NCBI GenBank assembly: GCA_043787675.1
Contig: JAYVUT010000003.1
Span: 2,418 to 66,417 of the forward strand
Length of the DNA stretch: 64,000 bases
Direction of reading: 5' to 3'
Origin: Candidatus Altimarinota bacterium
GTDB lineage: Bacteria > Patescibacteriota > Gracilibacteria > BD1-5 > UBA2023
The number at the start of each line of letters is the position of its first letter. Position 1 is the stretch's first letter. Position numbers and translations under genes: made by a program. The notes beneath the pieces are model-generated. The model worked only from the letters and a program-made list of their open reading frames with translations. It did no database searches and was not told the DNA's origin. Below are positions 11,307 to 22,508 of the stretch, one piece after another.

Positions 11307-12251
11307 CTATCTTTTTTTCAGAGATGCAAGTGTATCATCGATAGCTGCCTCATCATCTCGAATCCGTTGTATCTCTGTATCGATCGCTATCTCAGCATCT
11401 TCTATTGCTTTTTTTGCATCCTCGAGTCTCTTTTTTGCATCTTGTTTCTCTTGCAATAGTATCTCATCCGCTGCCTTGAGTCATCGGAGTTCATCCGCGA
11501 ATCCTCCGATTTTTTCTCCGAGAGATCCTGACATCGGTGATCGCATAGCTGGAGTTGGTACATCTACTGCTGTAGCAATAGGAGATATGATAGGCTCAGG
11601 AGCTACTATATCTGCACCAATATCGAGTATGGATACCTGTGGAGTCGATTGTGTGATATCGAGAAGAGATGTGACTGGCTCAGTTGGCATGGTGTCAAGA
11701 TTATTGGTATCTATTGATGGTGTTGGAGTGGGTATATCTGCTGCTATGGCTGGGATGCTACTCGCTGTGTCAGTAGTTACTGATATGTCTATCATCGGTG
11801 TCTCTACAACTTGCTCTGAGATGATCTCTATAGTATTCTCTCTTGCATCAGATACTACCACAGCATCTCATAGAGTGAGCCCTATGGTGCTCATATCTCC
11901 ACCGATATCTATCTCGGATTCAGTTTCTACTTCTATTTTTACTTCAGGTGTGATAGCTGCCTCTTTGAGAAGATTTGTAGTCTCTATTTCATCGTTTATA
12001 TTCTCTTCTTTTCCACCCGCATCTATATGTTTCTTTTCTTTTTTCTTTTTTTTATCATCTTTGCTATCTCCACTAGATACTCCACCACTACCGCCACTCA
12101 TACTATTTCAGATACCACTTCATTCACTCGATGATTCATCTATAGTACTCGATATATCTTTGGGACGTGCCATATTTTCTATAATCGTATCCATATCTGT
12201 AGCAGCTTCGCCATCATTGGCTGTTCCGATAATATTGTCAAAAAGTCCCAT
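11307..12251 (-). CDS. Hypothetical acidic protein: N-terminus MGLFDNIIG, poly-K patch, T/P/I/D-rich middle, C-terminal coiled coil
   Basis: ATG 12251 and TAG 11307-11309, with all fragments joined by TGA. The C-terminus LKAADEILLQEKQDAKKRLEDAKKAIEDAEIAIDTEIQRIRDDEAAIDD is protein-like. It is the first gene of the minus-strand pilin/vWA string. Confidence 0.6.
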
Positions 12252-12331
12252 ACACGCAAAGAAAATGAATAATTACTCAAACAATATAGCATAAAAGATA
12301 CTATATTGCAAAAATATCCAAGTGTTTTATT

Positions 12332-12360
12332 TTGTACTTTTTCTGACTTTCACTTATACT
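12332..12360 (+). promoter_or_regulatory. Candidate sigma-70 promoter for the gene at 12393
   Basis: TTGTAC, a 17-nt spacer, then TATACT. It lies 33 nt upstream of the ATG. Confidence 0.35.
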
Positions 12361-12392
12361 AGATCTAGAATTTATTTTTTATTCTATATTTT

Positions 12393-12734
12393 ATGCGATT
12401 TGTACTCAGATTCATAGGAACGGCTCTAGCCATATATGTCCTCATCCACTATGGATATCTCTCAGGGATTACTCTAGTATCTGGCAATATCTCTCTCCTG
12501 ATATTTGTTGGAGTGCTCTCACTCGTGAACCTCGTTCTATGAGGTGTACTCAGGCTCATCACATTTCCGATTCGGTGGCTCACTCTGGGTGTAGTTGGTT
12601 TTGCAATCTCACTATTTGTTGTATGGATCACAGCGAACTATGGATCCAATATCACAGGAACTCAGGTAGTGGGATATCTGCCTATTATTATCATAGCACT
12701 CGTTATGGGACTCGTCACGTCGATAGTTGGGTAA
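12393..12734 (+). CDS. Small 4-TM membrane protein resembling the phage-holin-4 (DUF360-like) superfamily
   Basis: 113 aa. The central LVL-G-GVLRLITFPIRWLTLGVVGF resembles the ...IRPIL..LTLPL..LTLGLF... core of that family. One TGA falls on a Gly-like position; TAA stop at 12732-12734. Confidence 0.7.
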
Positions 12735-12749
12735 CGAGATATGTTTGCT

Positions 12750-12776
12750 AAACTCCCTATTTTGGGAGTTTTTCTT
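12750..12776. terminator. Bidirectional terminator
   Basis: Stem aaactccc / gggagttt followed by a T-run. The stop codon of the convergent gene lies inside the hairpin. Confidence 0.65.
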
Positions 12777-13479
12777 TGGTTATTATATCTGTGATGATGA
12801 CCGCTCCATTGCTCCCTACTTTCCACTCACCATACATATCACCATCTCGAATCTGTTTTTCTACATCGTGACCAGTTCACTCTCTCACGAACCATCTATC
12901 GGTCGCAGTGCTCTGGAATCGGTAGGTCCCATCACATATCGATTGAGATACGAGTGTACCAGTTGTATATCCATACTCATCGCCTGATAGACCTGATCCT
13001 GGTCGGATGAGTTGTATATCACCCACGACACCATAGCTCGATAGAGAGTAGAGTATTTTGCTGCCTATAGGTTCACTCTCGAGACATGATCATCCAGTAT
13101 ATCCGAGCTGTGTCCCAGACGCTGTTGCTATAGTATATTTTTGTGTAGCATTGCCTTGCCATCCATTTCGGATTTGGAAATAGACTCCAGATTCTGGTTG
13201 TACCTGAGTGATCTCTTGTATACCAGTGACAATATGGCCTGTGATGATTGGTATGAGATACTGCTTCCCACTAGAGTAGGACTGAGTACTACCACTATAT
13301 GGGAGCTCATAGGAGAGGTTGACGTAGTCACCACGGAGTATATCTGTAGGGTCGTAACCCCTGAGTGGTATATAGACAGTAGCACCTGTTTGTATGAGTA
13401 TCTCGTATCTGACGACGAAACTTGAGAGTATAGCGAGTTGGATAACTATAGCGATTATGATGAGGGATTTTCGAGACAT
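12757..13479 (-). CDS. GDYXXLXY-domain membrane-anchored protein
   Basis: N-terminal TM, then the literal motif RGDYVNLSY. The ORF reads through TGA at 13090 to TAG 12757-12759. Confidence 0.85.
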
Positions 13480-13491
13480 ATGTTGTAGGGT

Positions 13492-14718
13492 TTAGGGCTG
13501 AGGTGATATGGAGTCCATTGAGAGTAGTATCCTCTTACGGATCTTCTCAACGAGTACCGTCATAGCGATACATGCGAGCCCTCCTCCGATAAATATATAG
13601 GCACCATCCATCTTGGAATCAAATACGAATGCGAGATACTTGCCGAACAGATAGAGAGCGAGATAGATCATCGCGATGTTGATGAGTGATCGATTGTCAC
13701 GTCTCACACCGAGATAGATCATCAGAGCGAGTACAGCCAGGTAGACTATATTCATCCCTATAGTTGGCAGGAACATCGTCATATCATCCCATCTATCTAC
13801 TCATCTGCTGCTCATATCCCCTATTTGCATCTGGGAGAGCGTATAGAGAAGTATGAGCCCAATAGGAGCCAATGATAGGAGGAGTGGTGTGTCTGCAATC
13901 TTGTCGATTCGACCTCTTCTGAGCATATCTACTATGATAGCAAATACTCAGGCTCAGATGATCGCGAGAAGGATCCATATCGTAGCATGAGCATCATGAC
14001 TCGTAAACCAACTCTCACCTCCATATCTCCAAAAATCAATAAAAGTATATGCGAGTAGCCCACCCAGTATACTTGCTCATCCTGTCCATGAGAGGAGTTG
14101 ACTGAAGCTACGATACGTCTCTCTGTGATATCTCAGGAGGGTGAGTGAGAGATATCAGACACTGATGAATATATTGGCAATAACGAATCCAGAGAATGCA
14201 AAATCAGTTGCGAGTTCTGTAAAAATATATGCGTATATGAGCCCTATAGCCAGGAAAAATAGAGTGATAAATCATGTAGCATAGGCGAGCAGTACTACTG
14301 GAATAGACCACACGAGGAGTGCTCCTGCAAATGTGCCGCCGAGATTGTAGACTTGACCCAATAGGAATATGGATGCTCCATAAAGTAGAGATCCGAGGAG
14401 CATGAGGGAGTGCCCCGTCTTTGTATAGTTGGTATTGGTATAGCTAAAATAATATCCGAGTACATACACCATACCAGTTGCTCCTATCATGAGAAGTGTC
14501 TTCGTCATATCAGATATCGTATCCCAGTTCGCAGCTATAAGGAGTATGACACCGAGTCCTGTGACGACTGATCCAAATGTGGCGAGTATCTGTATGAGTC
14601 TAGATGCTCACTCTGTATGCTCACTCCGTTTTTGCCATGTGAGTATCTCATCTCGCTGAATGCTCGTGATGATATGTGATGTGACAAGTGCATCGAGATC
14701 GAGAGTGGTATTGGACAT
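13492..14718 (-). CDS. Polytopic membrane protein, DUF2157-like
   Basis: ATG 14718 and TAA 13492-13494. All fragments share one frame. It has many TM helices and sits directly upstream of the GDYXXLXY gene, which is the conserved pairing for these families. Confidence 0.75.
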
Positions 14719-14723
14719 AATAA

Positions 14724-14752
14724 TAAAAAAGGATACAGATATTGTATCCTTT
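14724..14752 (-). terminator. Rho-independent terminator after the MBL-fold gene
   Basis: Stem ggataca / tgtatcc, followed on the minus strand by a T-run. Confidence 0.7.
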
Positions 14753-14768
14753 CTTTCTAAAATGCAAA

Positions 14769-15878
14769 TTAGAGTTCCCAACTGGTTCCACTCTCTCCTA
14801 CCCTGAAATCTTGTCCAGCAAATTGAGTATCTCGCTTGGCAATCTCGAGATCTTCGAGTGGCTCGTCCTGGAGATCTGCTGCAAGTGGGAATGTTCCATA
14901 GTGGATGCCGACAGCTTTTGCTATCCTGAGATCTCGTTGCATCTGCATCCCCTCATATGGACTCGTATGCATAGATGCCATGAACCATCTCGGGTTATAG
15001 GCTCCGATCGGGAGGAGTCCAACATCGAATCCATCTGGAAATCTCTCATCGATATCCTCTATGAATGGACCATACCCAGTATCTCCAGCGAAGTATCCAG
15101 TTGTCTCGCCTATCTGCCAAGCAAATCCACCCCAGAGTGTTCGGTTACGATCTGATATTCCTCTCGCTGAGAAGTGTTGACTTGGTACAAATGTGATTTT
15201 TGTAGAACAGTCCCTCTCTCATAAGTCGATAGTATCCCACCAGTCCATCTCTATTACATTTCCTATTCCCCTATCTTCTAGATACTTTTTGTTACCGAGC
15301 CCGGTATATATCGGCATATGGTGTTTCGTCGCTAGAGCTCGGAGTGTCACGAGATCCATATGGTCATAGTGATTGTGTGAGAGCAGGATGGCATCTATAG
15401 GTGGGAGATCCTCTAGTATGATCCCTGGCTCTGTATATCTGCGGGGTCATGCCCACTGGACTGGACTTGCTCTCTTACTCCAGACTGGATCTGTGAGGAG
15501 ATTGATCCCATGAGTCTGGATGAGTACAGTTGCATGTCCGATATACGTCACCTGAGTCGTTGCTCCATCATGTTTTTTCTCTGGTTTGACTGGTGTGATA
15601 GGTCTATCTTTCCAGAGTGATATTTTCTGATTGAGTATCCATTTGCAAAATGATAGGAGCCCATTTTTATGTTTTTTGCCGAAAAACTCTTCTTCAGTTT
15701 CCGTCATGCGAAATGTCTCGCCAGCATTCCACCGGATATTGTAGAATTTTTGGCCATCAAAGTGATCACTCATATCACCTCTATATCATCTGCTCGCATG
15801 ATGACGATCCATCAGTAGTACAACTATAGCAAAGCAGAGACAACTCAATAGGATAGATAAGATAACACTCTCAAACAT
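14769..15878 (-). CDS. MBL-fold metallo-hydrolase (beta-lactamase superfamily, NAPE-PLD-like) with an N-terminal TM anchor
   Basis: Motifs ILLSHNHYDHMD and GDTGY. The in-frame upstream ATG at 15878 adds the TM segment MFESVILSILLSCLCFAIVVLL; an alternative start is at 15773. TAA stop at 14769-14771. Confidence 0.85.
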
Positions 15879-15970
15879 AGATTATAACTTTAGAATTTGC
15901 AACCCTGAATCTGGAAATAATAGCAAGAGTATAGATAAAAATAGAGTTCTCGCAATATGAAATAGTGGAT

Positions 15971-18900
15971 TTATCTCGCTACTCGTAGTGTGATGATGGT
16001 ATCTTCATCGAGGGTTTCATTTTTCTCGATATCAGGTGTCTCTATATCTCAAAAAGTCGATAGAGTCTCAGAGGTGATCATATCACCAAATTGTGTTAGA
16101 ATCTCTTCACTTCCCTTTCCACTCATCGAGAGTGATATACGATCAGTGACACTATAGTCTGCTTCTTTTCGCATATCCTGGATGAGACGAATGATGTCAC
16201 GAGCATATCCCTCGAGCCGCAGTATATCAGTGATAGTAGTATCGAGTGCGACAACCATACCATATCCTCACACGACATCTCCTACTCACTCGAGTGGTAT
16301 ATACTCCATTGTGTACTCTCCAGGTTCCAGGATATATCCCCCGACATCTATGATACCATTCTCTTTTTCTACGAAGTTTCCATTTTTGGCTTCGGTGATG
16401 ACTTTTTGGACATCTTTTCCATACTTCGGACCGATCTTGCGGGCATCTGGCTTGCAGATTTTTTTGGCGAGGTTTTCTGGATTCTCATATCGGACTTCTT
16501 TGACATTGAGCTCGTCACGGATGATAGCTTGATAATACGCGGAGAGTTCGCGAGTGATCGTGACCGATGCGAGTGGTTGTCTCACACGGATATTTTTCTG
16601 TGAGCGGAGTGCGAGTCCGAGTGAGACGATCTGCTCACATATCTGCATATCACGATTGAGATCATTTGCAACAAGGTACTTATTAGGACGAGTGATATAC
16701 TCGAGATGGACAGATTCTCTTCCTGTGAGACCCTGGAAGATATTCTCAGAGAGAAATGGCATGAGCGGAGCCAGGAGCTTCGATACCTCTGTGAGAACCG
16801 TATAGAGTGTTTCGTAGGCTGATTTTTTGTCTGGAGTCATTCATGATTCCCAGAATCTGCGTCGTGAGAGACGAACATACCAATTGGTGAGCTCATCCAT
16901 ATACTCAGTGATGGCACGACATCCACGAGAGATATCGTATCATTCCATAGCATCATGAACCTGTCCGATGAGAACCTGTAGTTTCGAGAGGATCCAGCTA
17001 TCGAGAGGATTGACTATCTGAGTCGTCATGAGACGGAATGGATCAGCATTGAGAATACTCGTATTATAATATGCTTGTTCCATATCCATTCCCATGTATT
17101 TGTGGAGTATTGGACGAGGTGTACCAGCATGAGCCACGATCAATATTCGTTTTCCAGCATATTTCGTGAAGATTTCTTCGTATGTTTTGATGATTCTACT
17201 TTCGAATTGCTCGATATTTTCTACTGAGTTATTTTTGTAGAGTTTTCTGAGTTCTACATGTGAAGTATCCTTAGGCAGATTTCCCATCTCAGCAATCTCT
17301 GTGAGTGTTTTGTTTGCATATTCTCCTGCCGTCTGTTCTGCGAATCCATCCTCTATGATATACTCCCCAGAGAATCATATCTCTTCCCCTATGATACGAG
17401 CGGTATCATAGGTACGGATACGATCTGTATGGATAATTACGTCAAAATTCTTTCCCTGATCTCGGAGTGTTTTTCCTGCATTTTTTGCCTGTTCTCTTCC
17501 CTTCTCTGTGATATGTGGATTATCACTTCCATCACTCATCTTGGATTCTACATTCGATGTGCTCTCTGCATGACGAGAGAACCATACCTCGGTAGTATCT
17601 GATTCCCACTTATCGATATTCGCATACGTCGTGAAGAATGAATAGGTATTCCATATTGGGAGCATTACTCACTTGATCGTTTCCATAATTCCTTCTTCTT
17701 TGAAGTCCATATCTCCCCCAGAGAGGAGTGGCGAATTGAGCATATAAAAACGAATCGGATCAGCACCGTATTTCTCTATCGCCATACGAGGATCTGGATA
17801 GTTCCCGAATGATTTGCTCATCTTGCGTCCATCATTACCATTGACTACTCCAGTAGTTATCACATTCCTGAAGCTCGGAGTTGGTTTCTCTTGTCCAGTA
17901 GGATTGAGGAGTACTCCGAGAACATGCATCACATAGAACCAGGCACGGAGTTGCCCAACATATTCCGCGATGAAGTCTGCAGGAAAACTGGCTTGCATCG
18001 CTTCACGGTTCTCGAATGGATAGTGCATCTGAGCATATGGCATAGATCCTGAATCCATCCATACATCGAGAACCTCAGGTATACGGGTAAGGGTATTTCC
18101 AGTTGTTGGTGACTTGAGCTTGATAGCATCGATATACGGCTTGTGGAGATTGAATTCTGTGCCATCATATTCTCCTCATTTGAAGAAATATGTAGTCTTT
18201 CCATCTATTTCTCATTTTTCAAGCTGATCAAAAGACTGATTATACTGAAATATCTCATCCCGTGATGATACTACCAACTGTTCTTTGCTATCTTCTGATA
18301 TCCATACTGGCATCGGAGCTCCCCAATAGCGAGTTCGAGAGATACACCAGTCTGGAGCGGTTTCGATTCCTTTTTTGAATCTTCATTCTTTGAGGTATTC
18401 TGGGAACCAATTGATCTGTTCATTGGCTTCGACGAGTTTATCTTTTTGACTCTGGATATCGATGAACCATGAGTCCTGAGCCTTTTGCATGAGAGGAGTT
18501 CCAGATCTAGGACAAAATGGGACACGATGCGTTATTCCCTCCAGTTTGAAGAGTGTATTATTTGCCTTCATACGCTCGATATTGATCCGATTCACTCACT
18601 TCTCAGGATTCTCGAGATCGAGGTAGTGTACTCATTCCATATTAGAAATTTCAGCCGTATATCTTCCAGCCTCATCCATGGCCTCTGAGATGAATATTCC
18701 TTCTTTTTTCGCAAGTTGGAAATCCACTTCACCGAACTCTGGAGCCTCATGTCCGATACCCGTACCATCAGTATCCGTGATGAAGTCCGCATGGTAGATC
18801 TTATGATTTTTCTCGCCATTTTTCTGATAATAATACTCTGGAAATGGTGGAATATATCCGAGTCAGACGAGTTCAGATCCCTTGAACTCACGGATAACGG

Positions 18901-19822
18901 TGTATTCTCATTTTCCCTTGAATACCGTCTCTAGACGATTTTTTGCTACTATAAAATTAGAATTAATATAGGTTCTTTCTACATAAGTTCCGTCATCTTT
19001 TATACGAGGTGCAAATTCAGGATTGAGGGATATTTTTCAGTCATTTTGAGCTTCTAAATATGTTACCAATACATATTCGATATCATTCCTCACCGCGAGT
19101 GCCATATTCGCAGGAATAGTCCATGGAGTAGTTGTCCAGGCGAGGATTTCTGTTCATTCTGCAAATATAGAATTAGACTCTAATTTGAACTTCACTGTAA
19201 TAGCTGGATCATTGACCTCCTGATACGTATCATCCATAGCCACTTCAAAATTGGAAATCGGAGTACCCAGTTTCCAAGAGTAGAGTGATACACGTTTTCC
19301 CTTGTAGATGAGTCATTTTTTCCAGAGCTCAGAGAATACCCACATCACAGACTCCATATAGTCCTGATCCATGGTGCGATATGCATTGTCCATATCTACC
19401 CAACGACCGATCTTGTCAATATACCAATTCCACTCTGATGATACATCACGAGTATAGTTGTAGCATTCATCGATGAAGTTTTTTACTCCATTTTCTTCGA
19501 TTTCTTTGTTGGATTTGAGTCCGAGTTTTTTCTGAACCTTCTCTTCGATCGGGAGACCATGACAATCCCATCCCCACGTACGGTCAACACGACGTCCTTG
19601 CATCGTCCAATATCGCCCTACGACATCCTTCACAATAGATGAGAGGAGTGATCCGTAGTGAGGCATACCCGTGATGAATGGAGGTCCATCATAGAATCTA
19701 TATGGATTATCCTCTGGACGAGAATCTACAGATTTTTGGAAAGTATTATTTGCTTTCCAGTATGCGAGTACCTCTGATTCGAGAGCTGGAAATGATTGTT
19801 TTGGGGAGACTGATGGAAACAT
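15971..19822 (-). CDS. ileS: Isoleucyl-tRNA synthetase (type 2) carrying an inserted histidine-phosphatase-like domain
   Basis: ATG 19822 ([23 protein letters not shown]), [11 protein letters not shown] (HIGH region) and KMSKS. ORFs 19313-19975, 18383-18595, 17669-18058, 17375-17665, 16940-17287, 16286-16840 and 16049-16258 are all in one frame, joined by TGA. TAA stop at 15971-15973. The product is 1283 aa. Confidence 0.95.
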
Positions 19823-20015
19823 AGTAAAAAAAGCACACAAAATAAAATTGCGTGCTTTTGGCTCTCTTTCGAGAGAGGTACCACCGAAAGCGTATACTTG
19901 ATTATATATTTTTTGACGGAGCATTTCAGCTTCGGGTTGTTCTAATCGGTTTTTATACCTTTCTTCAGCCAGCATTGCGGATGATAGCCGCTCGATTGCT
20001 TTTGACTACTTTTTT
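19823..20015 (-). promoter_or_regulatory. T-box leader (Ile specifier) with competing antiterminator and terminator, upstream of ileS
   Basis: On the minus strand: hairpin GCGG-CUAUCAU-CCGC presents AUC (19983-19985), and the T-box core is GGUGGUACC (19877-19885). Helix GCUUU...AAAGC encloses the hairpin CUCUCU-CGAA-AGAGAG and would form the antiterminator. Its 3' strand overlaps the terminator AAAAGCACGCA-loop-UGUGUGCUUUUUUU (19826-19860). Confidence 0.7.
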
Positions 20016-20068
20016 AGTATAGAGATTTTATGAGAATTGCAAGTTTTATGCAAAGGCAAATGATAGAG

Positions 20069-20611
20069 TTATTTCTGATAAAATGTATTGAAAAAAGGAG
20101 CTATAGCACATTGTGTCGCCATGATAAATTGCTCCTTTCGCGAGAGCATACCATCAGTCCAGGCATGGTATGACCCCTGTTTGTCGCCGATATTTGCCTC
20201 TCCTCCGAGTGAGTGTACTACCTGTTCTAGGTCTCGCTGTTGTCCATCGAAGAGTCCATCTACAACTGCATCAGGAACCCTGAGGTGACAAGAGTATCCA
20301 TAGTATCACTGACCCTCCGAGTTCTCGATATACACGACTCCGATGAGCCAGTATTCTTCTCACCCAGAGTCCTGATATACTCCTCCCTCCATCCCGACAT
20401 AGTAGTCTGCATTTGACTCTTCTCGTCTTGTATATATTGCCCGATTTTTGGCTCCAGTTCGTAGCTCTTCGAGTGTTGTAGGCATATCTGGAACTCCAGA
20501 GGCTACCTTGTGATTCGAGAAGGTCGCTCCACTCGTATAGGGTGAAGTCGATAGGACATACTCTATGGCTGCAGATTTTGGTTGATTGGTGGTACCGATG
20601 GCGAAGTGCAT
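20069..20611 (-). CDS. Non-canonical purine NTP phosphatase (inosine/xanthosine triphosphatase, YjjX/NTPase_I-T family)
   Basis: ATG 20611. HKVASGVPDMPTTLEELRTGAKNRA matches the SGV..QP...E...GA.NRA core of the family. Reads through TGA to TAA 20069-20071. Confidence 0.75.
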
Positions 20612-20680
20612 ATAGTGTGATTAGTTAGAATTTATCATATCTCTTTTTGACAAAAAGCAACTCCACTATACACTCACTTC

Positions 20681-21247
20681 ATGATACAAATACTCAAAAA
20701 AATCCTCCTCGGACTCTGGATAGTAGGAATTATCTCGCTTGCCTATTATATATGAGATCATCCAGAACTCCTGGATCCTCACAATTTGCTCACTTTTTTC
20801 CAGTCATTTGGATCATTTGCTCTGATAGTTTATATCCTCGTATCGTTCATCCGTGGACTTGTACTCCTCCCGAGCCTACCCCTCGTCTTGGTCTGAGTAT
20901 TATTTTTTCCTATGAGTCCTCATATGGTCTTCATTATCTCGATGACCGGTATCATATTCTCTAGTATTCTCATTTACCGATTCTCGGGTCTGATGGGGTT
21001 CGATGATGTATTTGCCGAACACAATCATAGCAAAAAAGTGAAAAATATCATCGAGAAATATTGATTTTATGCCATATTATTCTGGTCATTTGCTCCTATA
21101 GTTCCTACTGATCTTATCTGTTATGTGGCAGGGACAGTGCAGTATCACTTTTGGCGATTCATCCTCGCGCTCACGATCTGAGAATGACTCATCGTCGGTA
21201 TCATCGTCTATGGGTGAAGAGAGATGATGGTGATATTTTGATTATAA
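20681..21247 (+). CDS. TVP38/TMEM64 (DedA/SNARE-associated) family membrane protein
   Basis: ATG 20681, multiple TM helices, and the C-terminal signature APIVPTDLICYVAGT. TAA stop at 21245-21247. Confidence 0.8.
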
Positions 21248-21260
21248 GAATTTCTAAAAT

Positions 21261-21290
21261 AAAAACTGCCTGAGTGGCAGTTTTTATTTA
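21261..21290. terminator. Bidirectional terminator
   Basis: Stem aaaaactgcc / ggcagttttt with loop tgagt. Confidence 0.7.
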
Positions 21291-22433
21291 TTTTTTGAGG
21301 CCTACCAGAGATAATACAAATAACCCTCACATGACTCATGCAGATACAAAAAATGGGAGTGAATGCCCCATTGCATAGAGTGTTCCAACGGCGAATGGTC
21401 CAATAATATTGGCAATCGATATGACAGATGTGTTGTATCCCATGACTTTGCCGACTTCTGGTCCTGCCTTCCCTGCGATGAGAGAGTTGATCGACGGCTG
21501 GAATGATCCCATCCCAATAGGAAAGAGTGCGATGATCATATAGAGAAATACGATATCACGATTAACTGCAAAGAGTAATAGTGAAACTGCGATGAGAGCA
21601 AGAGCTGATTGGAGCATCTGTGTATCAGTGAGGGAGGCTCTGACATACCGGATGAGTCCACCTTGATAGATGATCGCCACGAGTCCTACGACTGAGAGTG
21701 TATATCCTATCTGAGTTGCTGTAAATCCGAATACATCTCTATAGAACTGGCTGGATCCAGTTTGGATACCTGAGAACGCGAGTGCTCCACCGAAAGACAG
21801 GACGAAGAGTACAATCATCACTCGTGAAAAGTGGAACGGTACATGATCAGCATACATCTCTACCTCATGACGTACGGGCTCTCTGAGTACTGTGAGTATG
21901 AGTATCAGATTCATCGTGATGGCAGTGATACAAGCGAAGATCACATACTCTATTCCCCAGCTCGAGAGGATTCCTCAGATCGCAGGCCCGATGAGAAAGG
22001 CAAGACCAAATGCAGCCCCAATCATTCCCATGTTCTTAGTTTTGTTAGTAGGAGTTGATATATCCGATATGTATGCGAGTACTACTGGGAATCCTGCCCC
22101 GCCGAGTCCTGATATGAAACGAGCAATGAGGAATATGATAAAAAGAAATCCGAGATTGCTCGAGATAATCCCTGACGAGAGAGAGGCCCATAGGATAATA
22201 TATCCGATGAGATTGAATCCAGTAGTCACAGAAAGTAGGTTCTTGCGACCATACTTGTCTGAGAGTCGCCCGAATATGAGCCCCCCGAGAAACATACCTA
22301 TTGAGTATACTCCCTGAGAGTATGGATTCCAGGCTTCACTCACGCCAAAGTGAGTGATGATATCTGGGAGTACGGGTATGAGGATGCCGATACCGAGTAT
22401 ATCGAGAAAAGCGGTTGCGAGTATAAGGAGCAT
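21288..22433 (-). CDS. MFS transporter
   Basis: ATG 22433. GRLSDKYGRKN is the MFS motif A. ORFs 21975-22433 and 21336-21944 are joined by TGA and extend to TAA 21288-21290. About 12 hydrophobic segments. Confidence 0.88.
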
Positions 22434-22508
22434 ATTTGCAGTGATATTTGGAAATAAAATTGAATGTTGGTTGGTTTGGTATTGAGAGGGAGGATAGGGA
22501 TATTGTTT

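Noticed and set aside
11476-12294. A 272-aa standard-code ORF on the plus strand with no stop of any kind.
   Set aside because: It is the antisense of the low-complexity gene 11307-12251. Its composition (S/I/F runs such as SISSFIFSSFPPASICFFSFFFFLSS) is typical of antisense artefacts. The minus frame ends in a convincing coiled coil and fits the operon orientation.
19823-19975. The N-terminal 51 residues of the track ORF 19313-19975 (MLAEERYKNRLEQPEAEMLRQ...).
   Set aside because: This stretch folds as the T-box leader and terminator. IleRS starts at ATG 19822 ([15 protein letters not shown]...), the usual position relative to the HIGH motif.
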